A stretch of 39,095 nucleotides of DNA from a virus (IMGVR_UViG_3300016665_000018:1-39095); one strand, 5' to 3'; shown: positions 1 to 8,694, counted from the first letter of the stretch. Translations and numbers: made by a program. The notes: generated by a model from the letters alone, not told the origin.

Positions 1-172
1 GCTACATATAAAGCATTAGCACCTTACATTGAAGGTGGATGAAAGGTTAAAGATATAGCTAATAACTTTATGAAGATGAAGGTAGATGAACTTGAGTTGA
101 TGGATGGAGCTATTGATATCTTTGATACAGATGTTCAAGCTGCATTAAGCGGCGATAAGTTGCCAGGTTATA
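1..172. repeat. Terminal direct repeat, left copy (circular assembly overlap)
   Basis: 1-172 equals 38924-39095 except position 41 (G) versus 38964 (T). Confidence 0.97.
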
Positions 173-288
173 ACGATTACCTAATGAGTATTCGTTCTAA
201 TCCTAATTGGCGATTTACAAAGAAGGCAAATGAAAGTGCAGCAGGGTTCTTGGATACACTTCTTAAGATGTGGGGGAAGGTCGGTTAA
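1..288 (+). CDS. C-terminal part of the putative internal virion protein that starts at 37718 and spans the junction
   Basis: In frame with the ORF from 37718 (38924-37718 = 402 codons); stop TAA overlaps the next ATG at 288. The left copy has TGA at 40-42 where the right copy has TTA. Confidence 0.85.
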
Positions 289-1673
289 TGGCTAGAATAT
301 TTGACGATTCAGCTTTTCGTGAAAGAGCTAACTACACATCAAGAACTCCTACAATTGAAGAATCTGATGCTTCAGAAAAAGCTCGTGCTAGAGCTAAAGC
401 TCCAGTTCCTAAAATTGGTTTACCTGAACTATATGCAGAACTATCTAAGTCTGTTACTGAAAGCAAAACATTTGCTGCTGAAAAAACAGCTGAACTTGCT
501 GAAACACAATTAGCACAAGCTGAAGCAGCTGCAGCTCAAGCTGCTGCTAGAGAAAATGCTATAGCAGTAGCTGCACAAACAGGTGCTAAGATTGATGAGA
601 AGACTGGCATCTTAACTCCTAAAACTACTTCTACTTCATTGGTTGATAATAAAGATGGTGGCGGTACTCAGTTCGTAGAGTATGAATACTCTAAAGACTT
701 TAAGAAGCGTAGAGCTAAGTTTTTTAATCCTACTACTGGGCAATTCACTTATGGTGAATGGGAAGATGCCCCTATGTCAAAGGAAGAATTTGACAAGCAA
801 CAGGCAGCTAAAATTGCAGAAGAAAAAGCGCTTAATGAAAAGCGCGATGCGTTTGCTCTTATTGAAGCAACTATGCGTTCTTATGGTTTTAATGAAAGTG
901 AACTAAAAGAACTTATTGATTATATTCAGTCTGGTCTACTTAATCCAGCGCTGGGCGCTAACCAGTTAGTATTGCAGCTACGTCAGTTGCCGTCTTACAA
1001 AGCCCGATTTGCTGGTAATGAGGAACGTAGAGCCAGAGGATTAAACACCTTAGATGAGGGTGATTACATCCGTCAAGAAAATGCTTATGCTGAAACATTA
1101 CGTCAGTATGGTTTACAAAGACTTGGTACACGTCAACAGTATGCAACTTTAATGGGCAATGCTATATCTAATATTGAGTTAGGAAAGCGTGTAGCTTTAG
1201 GTGTTGATAGATTACAGAATGCAGACCCAGCAGTTTTAAATCAACTACGTAAGTATTACAACATTACAGATACTGATGTACTTGCTTATCTTTTGAATCC
1301 AAAAGAAATGTTGCCAGAACTAGAAGCAAAGGTAACAACCGCTGAAATTGGCGCTACTGCTCAACAGTTTGGATTAAATGCTGACCTTGAAAGAATGAGA
1401 GAACTTGAGAAGTACGGCGTTAATCTACAGTCAGCTCGTGCTGGATACAGCCAGATTGCATCACGTTTACCACGTGCTACACAATTATCTGATATTTACA
1501 AACAATCAGGTATTACTTACAACCAACTAACTGGTGAGGAAGAAGAATTTAAAGGACTTGCCTCTGCTAAGCGGGCAAGAGAAAGACTTGCTGAACTTGA
1601 AACAGCCGCATTTAGCGGTGCAGCAGGTCTAGGTCGTACCTCATTAGGTAGAACTACAGGCGGACAAATATAA
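288..1673 (+). CDS. Putative internal virion/ejection protein
   Basis: Long helical Ala/Glu/Gln-rich ORF with TAATG coupling at 288; last of three large genes between portal and scaffold. Confidence 0.55.
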   Translation: MARIFDDSAFRERANYTSRTPTIEESDASEKARARAKAPVPKIGLPELYAELSKSVTESKTFAAEKTAELAETQLAQAEAAAAQAAARENAIAVAAQTGAKIDEKTGILTPKTTSTSLVDNKDGGGTQFVEYEYSKDFKKRRAKFFNPTTGQFTYGEWEDAPMSKEEFDKQQAAKIAEEKALNEKRDAFALIEATMRSYGFNESELKELIDYIQSGLLNPALGANQLVLQLRQLPSYKARFAGNEERRARGLNTLDEGDYIRQENAYAETLRQYGLQRLGTRQQYATLMGNAISNIELGKRVALGVDRLQNADPAVLNQLRKYYNITDTDVLAYLLNPKEMLPELEAKVTTAEIGATAQQFGLNADLERMRELEKYGVNLQSARAGYSQIASRLPRATQLSDIYKQSGITYNQLTGEEEEFKGLASAKRARERLAELETAAFSGAAGLGRTSLGRTTGGQI

Positions 1674-1682
1674 GAATCCCGA

Positions 1683-1792
1683 CGTGGACCAACCAGCCCC
1701 ACGCGGTGTACAAGACTGGTAGCAAGAGCCAGCCCATCAACCCCTGGATGGAACTGTGGCTTGCGACTAACTACAAATAGAAAGGGTGGTTG
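1683..1792 (+). ncRNA. Candidate structured leader (pseudoknot plus hairpin) upstream of the scaffold gene
   Basis: CGTGG 1683-87 pairs with CCACG 1699-1703; loop ACCAG 1692-96 pairs with CTGGT 1716-20; then hairpin GCAA..GCCA..CCATC/GATGG..TGGC.TTGC at 1722-1764. Confidence 0.5.
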
Positions 1793-1794
1793 CT

Positions 1795-2265
1795 ATGAGC
1801 AACAACTACTGGGATGACGAAGACGATGACCAAGATACACCTGAGCAGCAATTGACTGGTGATGACTTAGTTAAGAAACTAAGAAAAGCCAAGCGTGCTG
1901 ATGAGAAACGTATCAAGGAACTTTCCGAACAACTTGAAGGATTCCTCAAGGAAAAGAAGGAAAAGACAGTCGCAGAAGTCCTAGCAAAAAAGGGAGTAAA
2001 CGCTAAGGCTGCTCGCTTAATACTTAAAGATGTGCAGGAAGCCACTGAGGAGTCTATTGACTCTTGGCTCCGTGATAACGGAGATTTAATCGGCTATAAC
2101 CCACAGGCTGAAGTAGAAGAAAAGCGTGCTGACCTTGCTGCATTACGTCAGCAAGACATCATTACCCAAGGCGGTATTACCCCAGACAAACTCGCAGACA
2201 TTGAAACTCGTATGGAAAACGCAGGTTCAATGGATGAGTTAATAACACTCCTGCGAAATTCCTAA
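1795..2265 (+). CDS. Capsid scaffolding protein
   Basis: Acidic N-terminus, coiled-coil core, directly upstream of the capsid gene; SD AGAAAGGG before ATG 1795. Confidence 0.8.
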   Translation: MSNNYWDDEDDDQDTPEQQLTGDDLVKKLRKAKRADEKRIKELSEQLEGFLKEKKEKTVAEVLAKKGVNAKAARLILKDVQEATEESIDSWLRDNGDLIGYNPQAEVEEKRADLAALRQQDIITQGGITPDKLADIETRMENAGSMDELITLLRNS

Positions 2266-2297
2266 TCGTTCATAGTCACTGGAGGTGACGCAAAACA

Positions 2298-3500
2298 ATG
2301 GCAAATGCATACACAGATACAGGTGCTTCCTCTCTTGGAGGTTCCGTTGGTGGTGCTGGTCTAGTACAGAAGGCGTATGACCGTCTTCTAGAGTTTGCGC
2401 TACGTTCTGAACCACTTATTCGTTCAGTCGCAGACAAGCGCCCAGCTCGCCAAGCATTCCCAGGCTCAACCGTAGTTCTACAGAAGTACGTTGACTTGGC
2501 TCAAGCTACAACCCCACTTACAGAAACAGTTGACCCAGATGCAGTTTCTCTGACAACACCTACTTCTGTAACCATTACCCTACAAGAGTACGGTAATCCA
2601 GTTCTTGTAACCCGTGCTCTAGAGTTGTTCTCACTAGCAGACGTTGACCCAGCTATTGCAAATATCATTGCATACAACCTAGCTGACTCAATTGACGCTA
2701 TTGCGATGACAACCCTACGTTCTGGTACAAACAACATTTTTGCAGGTAACGCAACAGCAGTTTCTGATGTTGACGCTGCAGATACCATTGACTCAGCTGA
2801 CATCCGTAAGGTTGTAGCTAAGCTACGCGGTAACAAAGCTAAGGCTCGCCGTGGTTCTTACTACTGGACAGGTATCCACCCAGACGTTTCACACGACCTT
2901 CGTGCTGAATCAGGTAACTTGGGCTGGAACTTTGTTCACGCACAATCTGCTCCTGCTGTAGATAACATCTGGGCTGGAGAAATCGGAGACTACGAAGGTT
3001 CATTCTTCGTTGAGTCACCACGTCTATATAATGCTAAGACTGGCGCAGACCAGACAGCATTGGCAACAACCGCTGTAACCGTTGCAGGTACTTCAGCTGG
3101 CTTCACCTTTGGTGTAGCTTCTTCTTCCGTTATTGCTTCTCGTGCAGAAGTTGGCGATAAGATTGCTGGAACTGGTATTGCTTCAGGTGCAAAGATTACA
3201 AACATTGCAACCAGCGGTTCAACAACCACAATTACTGTAGATACAGCTAATACAGCTGCTGTAACAGCTACAACAACTGTAACTGTAACTCCAGTAACCC
3301 GTGTATACAATACAATTACCTGTGGTCAGCAGGCAATGGCTGAAGCTGTTGCTGAAGAGCCACACATCGTTATCGGTAACGTAACTGATAAGTTGATGCG
3401 CTTCCGCCCAATGGGCTGGTACGGCGTACTTGGCTTCGCAGTTTACCGTGACGAAGCGTTGTATCGCATTACATCTGGTTCTTCAATCGCTGCTAAGTAG
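2298..3500 (+). CDS. Major capsid protein (HK97 fold) with a Thr-rich insertion
   Basis: 400 aa, strong SD GGAGGTG, follows the scaffold; capsid-like motifs (TITLQEYGN, IHPDVSHDLR, GEIGDYEG, DKLMRFRPMGWYG). Confidence 0.9.
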   Translation: MANAYTDTGASSLGGSVGGAGLVQKAYDRLLEFALRSEPLIRSVADKRPARQAFPGSTVVLQKYVDLAQATTPLTETVDPDAVSLTTPTSVTITLQEYGNPVLVTRALELFSLADVDPAIANIIAYNLADSIDAIAMTTLRSGTNNIFAGNATAVSDVDAADTIDSADIRKVVAKLRGNKAKARRGSYYWTGIHPDVSHDLRAESGNLGWNFVHAQSAPAVDNIWAGEIGDYEGSFFVESPRLYNAKTGADQTALATTAVTVAGTSAGFTFGVASSSVIASRAEVGDKIAGTGIASGAKITNIATSGSTTTITVDTANTAAVTATTTVTVTPVTRVYNTITCGQQAMAEAVAEEPHIVIGNVTDKLMRFRPMGWYGVLGFAVYRDEALYRITSGSSIAAK

Positions 3501-3508
3501 TTGATTGA

Positions 3509-3568
3509 CTGTCAGGCTGGGATATTGAAACGGTTTTCTTAACCATTAAGAAACCCCCAGCCTGGCGG
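3509..3568 (+). promoter_or_regulatory. Nested stem-loop after the capsid gene (mRNA stabiliser/attenuator candidate)
   Basis: CTGTCAGGCTGGG/CCCAGCCTGGCGG 13-bp stem with 2 G.U pairs, enclosing TTTCTTAA-CCA-TTAAGAAA; no U-tract. Confidence 0.6.
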
Positions 3569-3589
3569 TGAGTCCACTAAGGAGGATTT

Positions 3590-3862
3590 ATGACTGAATG
3601 GTTATTTAGAACACCTACAGTAGAAGAAGGTCCTGCTGGTGGTGCTCGTCTGTTTTATTTTTACAGACTTGACCGCGGCATAACTATTGTTATGGATGAC
3701 AATGGTGAATATCAGCAGATTAGATACCCACAAGATAGCGACCTATCACTATACCCACAGGTATATCGTGGTGGTTATGAGCATATTGTTGATGATGCAG
3801 TGAAGGCAGCATTAATTGCTGGCGATGTAGGAGTAACGGAGGACAACTTTACAGCGCTATGA
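3590..3862 (+). CDS. Hypothetical protein (probably virion-associated)
   Basis: SD AAGGAGG; first gene after the capsid gene. Confidence 0.7.
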   Translation: MTEWLFRTPTVEEGPAGGARLFYFYRLDRGITIVMDDNGEYQQIRYPQDSDLSLYPQVYRGGYEHIVDDAVKAALIAGDVGVTEDNFTAL

Positions 3863-4170
3863 AACATTGGGAACACCATCCAGAGCCAGTGGACGGATGC
3901 TTTGGGTGTAAGGGACTATCCATCCAGATGAATACAGGAGACGCTAATAGTCGCAAACAAATGACTAATAAAGCGTTTAATTCAGAATTGAATGCCTACA
4001 AAGAAGCGAGAGCTCAAGGTATTCAACCAGCTGGAACTTCTTTACAGAAAGTACAAGAAGCGGTTAAGGCTAGTGAGACATTGGGTAAAGCCTATGACTC
4101 TAGCAAGATGCCACCAGCTAAACATATAAATAAAAAAACAGCAGCGGTAATGAAAGAACTAGGAGCATAA
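3859..4170 (+). CDS. Hypothetical protein with HxxHH/CxxC N-terminus
   Basis: ATGA overlap; HWEHHPEPVDGCFGC. Confidence 0.7.
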   Translation: MKHWEHHPEPVDGCFGCKGLSIQMNTGDANSRKQMTNKAFNSELNAYKEARAQGIQPAGTSLQKVQEAVKASETLGKAYDSSKMPPAKHINKKTAAVMKELGA

Positions 4171-4171
4171 A

Positions 4172-4348
4172 ATGCCAAAGGTAAATGGAAAGAAATTCCC
4201 TTATACAGCTAAGGGCAAGAAAGCCGCTAAGGCTTATGCAATGGGCGAAAAGATGGAGTCCAAAGCAGAGAAGAAAATGGAAATGAAAAAGGGTATGAAA
4301 AAGATGGCAGCAAAGAAAATGGCTGCTAAGAAAATGAAGAAGAAGTAA
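4172..4348 (+). CDS. Small Lys/Met/Ala-rich basic protein (58 aa, not in ORF track)
   Basis: SD AGGAG; MPKVNGKKFPYTAKGKKAAKAY...KKMAAKKMAAKKMKKK. Confidence 0.75.
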   Translation: MPKVNGKKFPYTAKGKKAAKAYAMGEKMESKAEKKMEMKKGMKKMAAKKMAAKKMKKK

Positions 4349-4350
4349 TT

Positions 4351-4557
4351 ATGGCTTACGTATCTAAATCACCTGATGATGCAAGAATGCGTCAGGCTAA
4401 AAAAGAATCCCGTAGAGAAGACAAAGCTATTGCTAGAGCAGAAGCTATGTATCGCAAGATGATGGAGCAGGGTTTAGTTAGCCCAGCAAACATTAGAAAA
4501 ATTAAAGAACAAATTGCTAATAAAACTGGTGCATATCCAATGGGAGATACCAACTAA
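4351..4557 (+). CDS. Small basic hypothetical protein
   Basis: Tight packing; TAATG coupling to the next gene. Confidence 0.7.
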   Translation: MAYVSKSPDDARMRQAKKESRREDKAIARAEAMYRKMMEQGLVSPANIRKIKEQIANKTGAYPMGDTN

Positions 4558-4742
4558 TGAAAGCAAAAAAAGGAATGGGCTTCAAAGCAGCCCAATCACA
4601 AATTGCCAAAAAGCAGGGTATCTCAAAGGAACGTGCAGGAGCAATCCTTGCGGCTGGTGCTCGGAAAGCCTCAGCAGCGGCCAAGAAGAAGAATCCAAAC
4701 CTTAAGAAGGTTAAAGGTGCTATGAAGAAGGGTAAGAAGTAA
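4557..4742 (+). CDS. Small Lys/Ala-rich basic protein
   Basis: Coupled at both ends; GFKAAQSQIAKKQGISKERAGAILAA. Confidence 0.75.
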   Translation: MKAKKGMGFKAAQSQIAKKQGISKERAGAILAAGARKASAAAKKKNPNLKKVKGAMKKGKK

Positions 4743-4981
4743 TGGCACGTAGAGTTGTTAGAGTAAATAGCAATCCAAATCCAAACCCTTATGATGATAA
4801 TCCTTATAAACAATTAGGACAAAATTGGCGTTGGAATCCTGAAACTGGCGGCGAAGTAGATAATGAAAAAGCACCTAAGCGAACAGTTAAAGTAGATAGT
4901 AATCCTAAACCAGGCAAAACCCGCATTGGACCACTTGCAGGTGGCGGTATGGGCGGAATGTTCGGCATAAAGAATAGATAG
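4742..4981 (+). CDS. Small hypothetical protein
   Basis: TAATG coupling; internal repeat VRVNSNP/VKVDSNP; Gly/Met-rich tail. Confidence 0.65.
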   Translation: MARRVVRVNSNPNPNPYDDNPYKQLGQNWRWNPETGGEVDNEKAPKRTVKVDSNPKPGKTRIGPLAGGGMGGMFGIKNR

Positions 4982-4990
4982 GGGTAGATA

Positions 4991-5041
4991 ATGGCAGCAA
5001 AGAAGTGCAAGAAGTGCGGCAAAGCAAAGTGTAAGTGCTAA
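4991..5041 (+). CDS. 16-aa Cys/Lys micropeptide MAAKKCKKCGKAKCKC (not in ORF track)
   Basis: SD AGGGG; stop overlaps the next ATG; fills the intergenic gap. Confidence 0.55.
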   Translation: MAAKKCKKCGKAKCKC

Positions 5042-5190
5042 TGTCTTCAGGAAAATATAAACCGCACCGCAAATTCAACTCTGTGCAAATCAAAGATGGT
5101 TATGTGGTGCGGTTAAATAAGAACGGAACAGTAAGAGCAGTACTAGGAAAGTATGGGGAATATGGCAAACAAAGCGGACCCAAGGCTTAA
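5041..5190 (+). CDS. Small basic protein (49 aa, not in ORF track)
   Basis: MSSGKYKPHRKFNSVQIKDGYVVRLNKNGTVRAVLGKY...; coupled to the upstream ORF. Confidence 0.65.
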   Translation: MSSGKYKPHRKFNSVQIKDGYVVRLNKNGTVRAVLGKYGEYGKQSGPKA

Positions 5191-5452
5191 GAGGGCTGGT
5201 GTATCTGGTTATAACAAACCAAAGAGAACGCCTAATCATCCAACTAAAAGCCACATTGTTGTTGCTAAATCAGGCGACCAAGTTAAGACTATTCGCTTTG
5301 GCGAACAGGGTGCTAAGACTGCTGGTAAGCCAAAGGCTGGCGAGTCTGACCGTATGAAGAAAAAGCGTGCATCTTTTAAGGCACGTCATAGCAAGAACAT
5401 TGCCAAAGGCAAAATGTCTGCAGCTTACTGGGCGGATAAAGTCAAATGGTAA
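5162..5452 (+). CDS. Conserved basic phage protein of unknown function
   Basis: KPKRTPNHPTKSH..IRFGEQG..SFKARH..MSAAYWADKVKW, a motif I recognise from aquatic phages; SD GGGGA. Confidence 0.8.
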   Translation: MANKADPRLKRAGVSGYNKPKRTPNHPTKSHIVVAKSGDQVKTIRFGEQGAKTAGKPKAGESDRMKKKRASFKARHSKNIAKGKMSAAYWADKVKW

Positions 5453-5604
5453 AGAAATTTTGGGACACTAAAAACCCTAAGAAAAAATCTACAAAACTAA
5501 CACCAGCACAAAAAGCTGCTGCTAAGAAGCGGGCTAAAGCTGCTGGTCGTAAGTATCCAAACCTAGTAGATAACGCAGCAGTATTACGTAAGAAAGGTAA
5601 GTAA
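5446..5604 (+). CDS. Small Lys/Ala-rich basic protein (52 aa, not in ORF track)
   Basis: MVKKFWDTKNPKKKSTKLTPAQKAAAKKRAKAAGRKYPNLVDN...; stop overlaps ATG 5604. Confidence 0.75.
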   Translation: MVKKFWDTKNPKKKSTKLTPAQKAAAKKRAKAAGRKYPNLVDNAAVLRKKGK

Positions 5605-5879
5605 TGGCAACGGGCACAGCAGGTACTTCATTTACCAGTGAGCTTAATAGGCTTGCTAACGGTGGGACATATCCAGCATTGGGTGCATATCTTGCACCAA
5701 CTGAAGCTGCAAATGTTTATGCAGGTACTACTGGACTAGCTTTGCTAGGAGCCCTAAACCTTAAAGCAGACGCTAATCGTCAACCAGAAGATTACAAAGC
5801 ACTAGGTGGCATTTGTAATGAACTTGCTGGTACTACAGATTTATCCCCTACTGACGCTCTAAGGAGCATAGACCTATGA
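5604..5879 (+). CDS. Hypothetical virion protein
   Basis: SD AGAAAGG; coupled; repeated AN-x-x-AGTT-x-L element. Confidence 0.7.
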   Translation: MATGTAGTSFTSELNRLANGGTYPALGAYLAPTEAANVYAGTTGLALLGALNLKADANRQPEDYKALGGICNELAGTTDLSPTDALRSIDL

Positions 5880-6799
5880 CATATACCTTGGCTCAGATGA
5901 TGGATGAAGTTCAGATTAATCTATCTGGCTACACCTATCAGCAAGACCGTTCTACTTATTTGACGGCTGCAGTTACAACCACTACTTCTCCTAGTTCTTC
6001 ACCATTAATCCTTAGCTTGGGTTCAACTCAAGATATTGGCAAAGGTGTTGTTGAGATTGATGAAGAATTGTTATGGATTGATTCTGTAGACCGTGTTGCT
6101 AATACAGCAACTGTTGCTCCTTATGGACGTGGATACCTTGGCACTACTGCAACTACTCACGCAGTAGATGCTAAAGTAACTGTTAGCCCAATTTTCCCAC
6201 GTCAGTCAATAATGAAAGCTATTAATGACACTATTCAAGCTGTTGGTTCTGCTATCTATGCAACTAAACAGACTACTTTTACTTACAATGCAGCAGTAAC
6301 GACTTATTCATTTACTAATTTAAACATAGAGAATATTCTTACTATGTCTTGGCAGGACATTGGTCCTACTAAAGAGTGGATAAGAATCCGTAGATGGGAC
6401 TTTGACCCATTTGCAGATGTAGATACTTGGGGTAATAACACACAGACTGTCACTATCGGGGATGTAATTGTCGCTGGCAGAACTGTTAAGGTTATGTATG
6501 CAACAGACCCAGATGTATTTACAGCTAGTAACCAAGATTTTGCTACACAGACTGGATTGCCAGAATCTGTTAAAGATGTAGTAATTCTTGGCGCAGCATA
6601 TAGATTGCTACAGTATCTAGACCCAGCCCGTGCTGCTCAATACAGCCCACAGGCTGATGAGATTGACGCTAAGCGTCCATTCGGTGCAAGTAACAATGCA
6701 GTCCGACAACTATTTGCTTTGTATACACAGCGTCTTAATGAAGAACGCGGCAAGCAACAAAATAAATATCCTCCCCGAGTTCACTACAGCGCCCGATAG
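5876..6799 (+). CDS. Putative head-tail adaptor (tail tubular protein A-like)
   Basis: Helical N- and C-termini (TLAQMMDEV; GLPESVKDVVILGAAYRLL) around a beta-rich core; precedes the fibre genes. Confidence 0.6.
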   Translation: MTYTLAQMMDEVQINLSGYTYQQDRSTYLTAAVTTTTSPSSSPLILSLGSTQDIGKGVVEIDEELLWIDSVDRVANTATVAPYGRGYLGTTATTHAVDAKVTVSPIFPRQSIMKAINDTIQAVGSAIYATKQTTFTYNAAVTTYSFTNLNIENILTMSWQDIGPTKEWIRIRRWDFDPFADVDTWGNNTQTVTIGDVIVAGRTVKVMYATDPDVFTASNQDFATQTGLPESVKDVVILGAAYRLLQYLDPARAAQYSPQADEIDAKRPFGASNNAVRQLFALYTQRLNEERGKQQNKYPPRVHYSAR

Positions 6800-6807
6800 G
6801 AACATAA

Positions 6808-8694
6808 ATGACAACACGGCAATACTCATCTCGCAGCCAGCAAACTACTTTAACTGGCGCTATTACTTCTGGTGCTACGTCTATGACAGTAGTATCTGGA
6901 ACAGGTTTACTTGGTGGTGTAACAATCCCAGCAGGCAGAACTTTTACACTTGTTATTGATGTTGATACAGCTCTTGAAGAAATCGTAGATGCTACGGCGG
7001 TATCTACTAATACATTCACAATCACCCGTGGTCGTGATGGTTCAACAGCACAAGACCATTCAGCTGGTGCAGTTGTCCGTCATATGGCTATTGGTCGTGA
7101 CTACAGAGATGCCAACCTACACGCAGAGGCTGACGCTTCCTACAATGACGGTAGCGGTAACGCCCACACAATGCACGGCATTGGTGCAGGTGAAGGTGTT
7201 GTAGTAGGTACACTTAAAACACAAACTTTAACTAATAAGACTCTTACCGCACCAACAATCTCTGACCCAACAATTACGGGAACTGCTTCGGCAGGTGCCG
7301 TATTGGTATTTGAAGGTGCAACTGCTGACGCATATGAGACTACTCTGACTGTAGTTGACCCAACACAGGACAACACAATCACCCTACCTAATACAACAGG
7401 TACAGTAGTCATCGCAGATGCAACTCAGACCTTAAGCAATAAAACCCTTGGAACTAATCTTAATGCCGGTGGATATACTATCACGAATTTGGCAACGCCA
7501 GTAAATGCGTCTGATGCTGTTCGTAAAGACTTTGCTGACGCTCAAGTCGCAGCAGCTGCTACCAGCGCAGCAAGCGCTGCTACTAGCGCTACCAGTGCTG
7601 CAGCCTCTGCTACCGCAGCAGCAACCTCTGCATCTTCTGCTGCTACATCTGCTTCATCAGCATTGACTTCTGCTAATAGCGCAGCAACTTCGGCTTCTAC
7701 TATGGCAGCCAGCGTTGCCGCTGCAGCCACATCAGCAGCTAGTGCTGCTACAAGTGCTACAGCTGCAGCAACCAGCGCGACAAGTGCTGCTGCTTCTGCC
7801 ACTGCTGCTGCTACCAGTGCGTCTAGCGCTGCCACATCAGCTTCTAATGCTGTAACTTCTGCTAACTCTGCTTCAACCTCAGCGACTGCTGCTGCAACTT
7901 CAGCTACTTCTGCTGCTGCCAGTGCAACTGCTGCAGCAACATCTGCTACTAGTGCAGCTGCATCGGTTACTGCCGCTGCAACGTCTGCCACAAGTGCAGC
8001 CGCTTCTGCAACAGCTGCAGCGTCTAGTGCTACTGCAGCAGCATTTAGTGCAACATCTGCTGAAGCTGCTTGGGATTCATTTGATGATAGATACTTAGGA
8101 CCAAAAGCATCTCCACCAACTGTGGATAATGACGGAAACCCCTTGACCGCTGGTGTAATCTATTATAACACAGGCGATGGAAATATGTACGTCTGGTCAG
8201 GTTCTGTCTGGTCAGTATTCACCTCAACTGGTGACATCACTGCAGTTACAGTGTCATCTCCGATTACAGGAGGAGGCGCTTCTGGTAGCGTTAATATCGG
8301 TATTCAAGCAGGTACTACAGCCCAGTCTGGTGCAGTACAACTTACTGACTCAACTGCTAGCACATCAGTAACAACAGCAGCTACACCTAACTCTGTTAAG
8401 TCAGCCTATGACTTAGCTGATGCTGCTGTGCCTAAATCAACCTTTAACGCTAAAGGTGATATACTTTCGGCTAGCGCAAATGATACACCAGTAATTTTAA
8501 CAGTAGGAACCAATGGGCAATATCTTAAAGCTGACTCAAGTACTACATCAGGATTGGCTTGGTCTACAGTAGATGCCTTACCTTCTCAGACTGGAAACTC
8601 AGGAAAATATTTGACCACAAACGGAACAACCGCTTCGTGGGCAGCAGTAGCAACCGACCCAACACCGTCAGTATTTATGCTGATGGGCGCTTAA
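6808..8694 (+). CDS. Tail fibre protein with an Ala/Ser/Thr repeat shaft
   Basis: QTLTNKTL repeats, ITNLATP..DAVRK motif, long AATSA repeat, GAVQL..AATPNSVKSAYD fibre repeat, GQYL/GKYL..W repeats. Confidence 0.8.
   Translation: MTTRQYSSRSQQTTLTGAITSGATSMTVVSGTGLLGGVTIPAGRTFTLVIDVDTALEEIVDATAVSTNTFTITRGRDGSTAQDHSAGAVVRHMAIGRDYRDANLHAEADASYNDGSGNAHTMHGIGAGEGVVVGTLKTQTLTNKTLTAPTISDPTITGTASAGAVLVFEGATADAYETTLTVVDPTQDNTITLPNTTGTVVIADATQTLSNKTLGTNLNAGGYTITNLATPVNASDAVRKDFADAQVAAAATSAASAATSATSAAASATAAATSASSAATSASSALTSANSAATSASTMAASVAAAATSAASAATSATAAATSATSAAASATAAATSASSAATSASNAVTSANSASTSATAAATSATSAAASATAAATSATSAAASVTAAATSATSAAASATAAASSATAAAFSATSAEAAWDSFDDRYLGPKASPPTVDNDGNPLTAGVIYYNTGDGNMYVWSGSVWSVFTSTGDITAVTVSSPITGGGASGSVNIGIQAGTTAQSGAVQLTDSTASTSVTTAATPNSVKSAYDLADAAVPKSTFNAKGDILSASANDTPVILTVGTNGQYLKADSSTTSGLAWSTVDALPSQTGNSGKYLTTNGTTASWAAVATDPTPSVFMLMGA
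7549..8070 (+). repeat. Degenerate ~7-aa (AAAATSA/AASATSA) coding repeat
   Basis: About 170 codons almost exclusively Ala, Ser and Thr. Confidence 0.85.

Noticed and set aside
1683-1764. Pistol ribozyme (similar CGUGG/CCACG P1 with a loop pseudoknot)
   Set aside because: The linker is too short for P2, and the conserved UAAA linker and GCG/GU core are absent
7542-7991. 149-aa minus-strand ORF and other antisense ORFs over structural genes
   Set aside because: Shadows of GCN/ACN-rich coding on +; no RBS or operon context
7549-8070. CRISPR or tandem DNA array
   Set aside because: Repeats are conserved at protein level with variable codons and have no spacer structure
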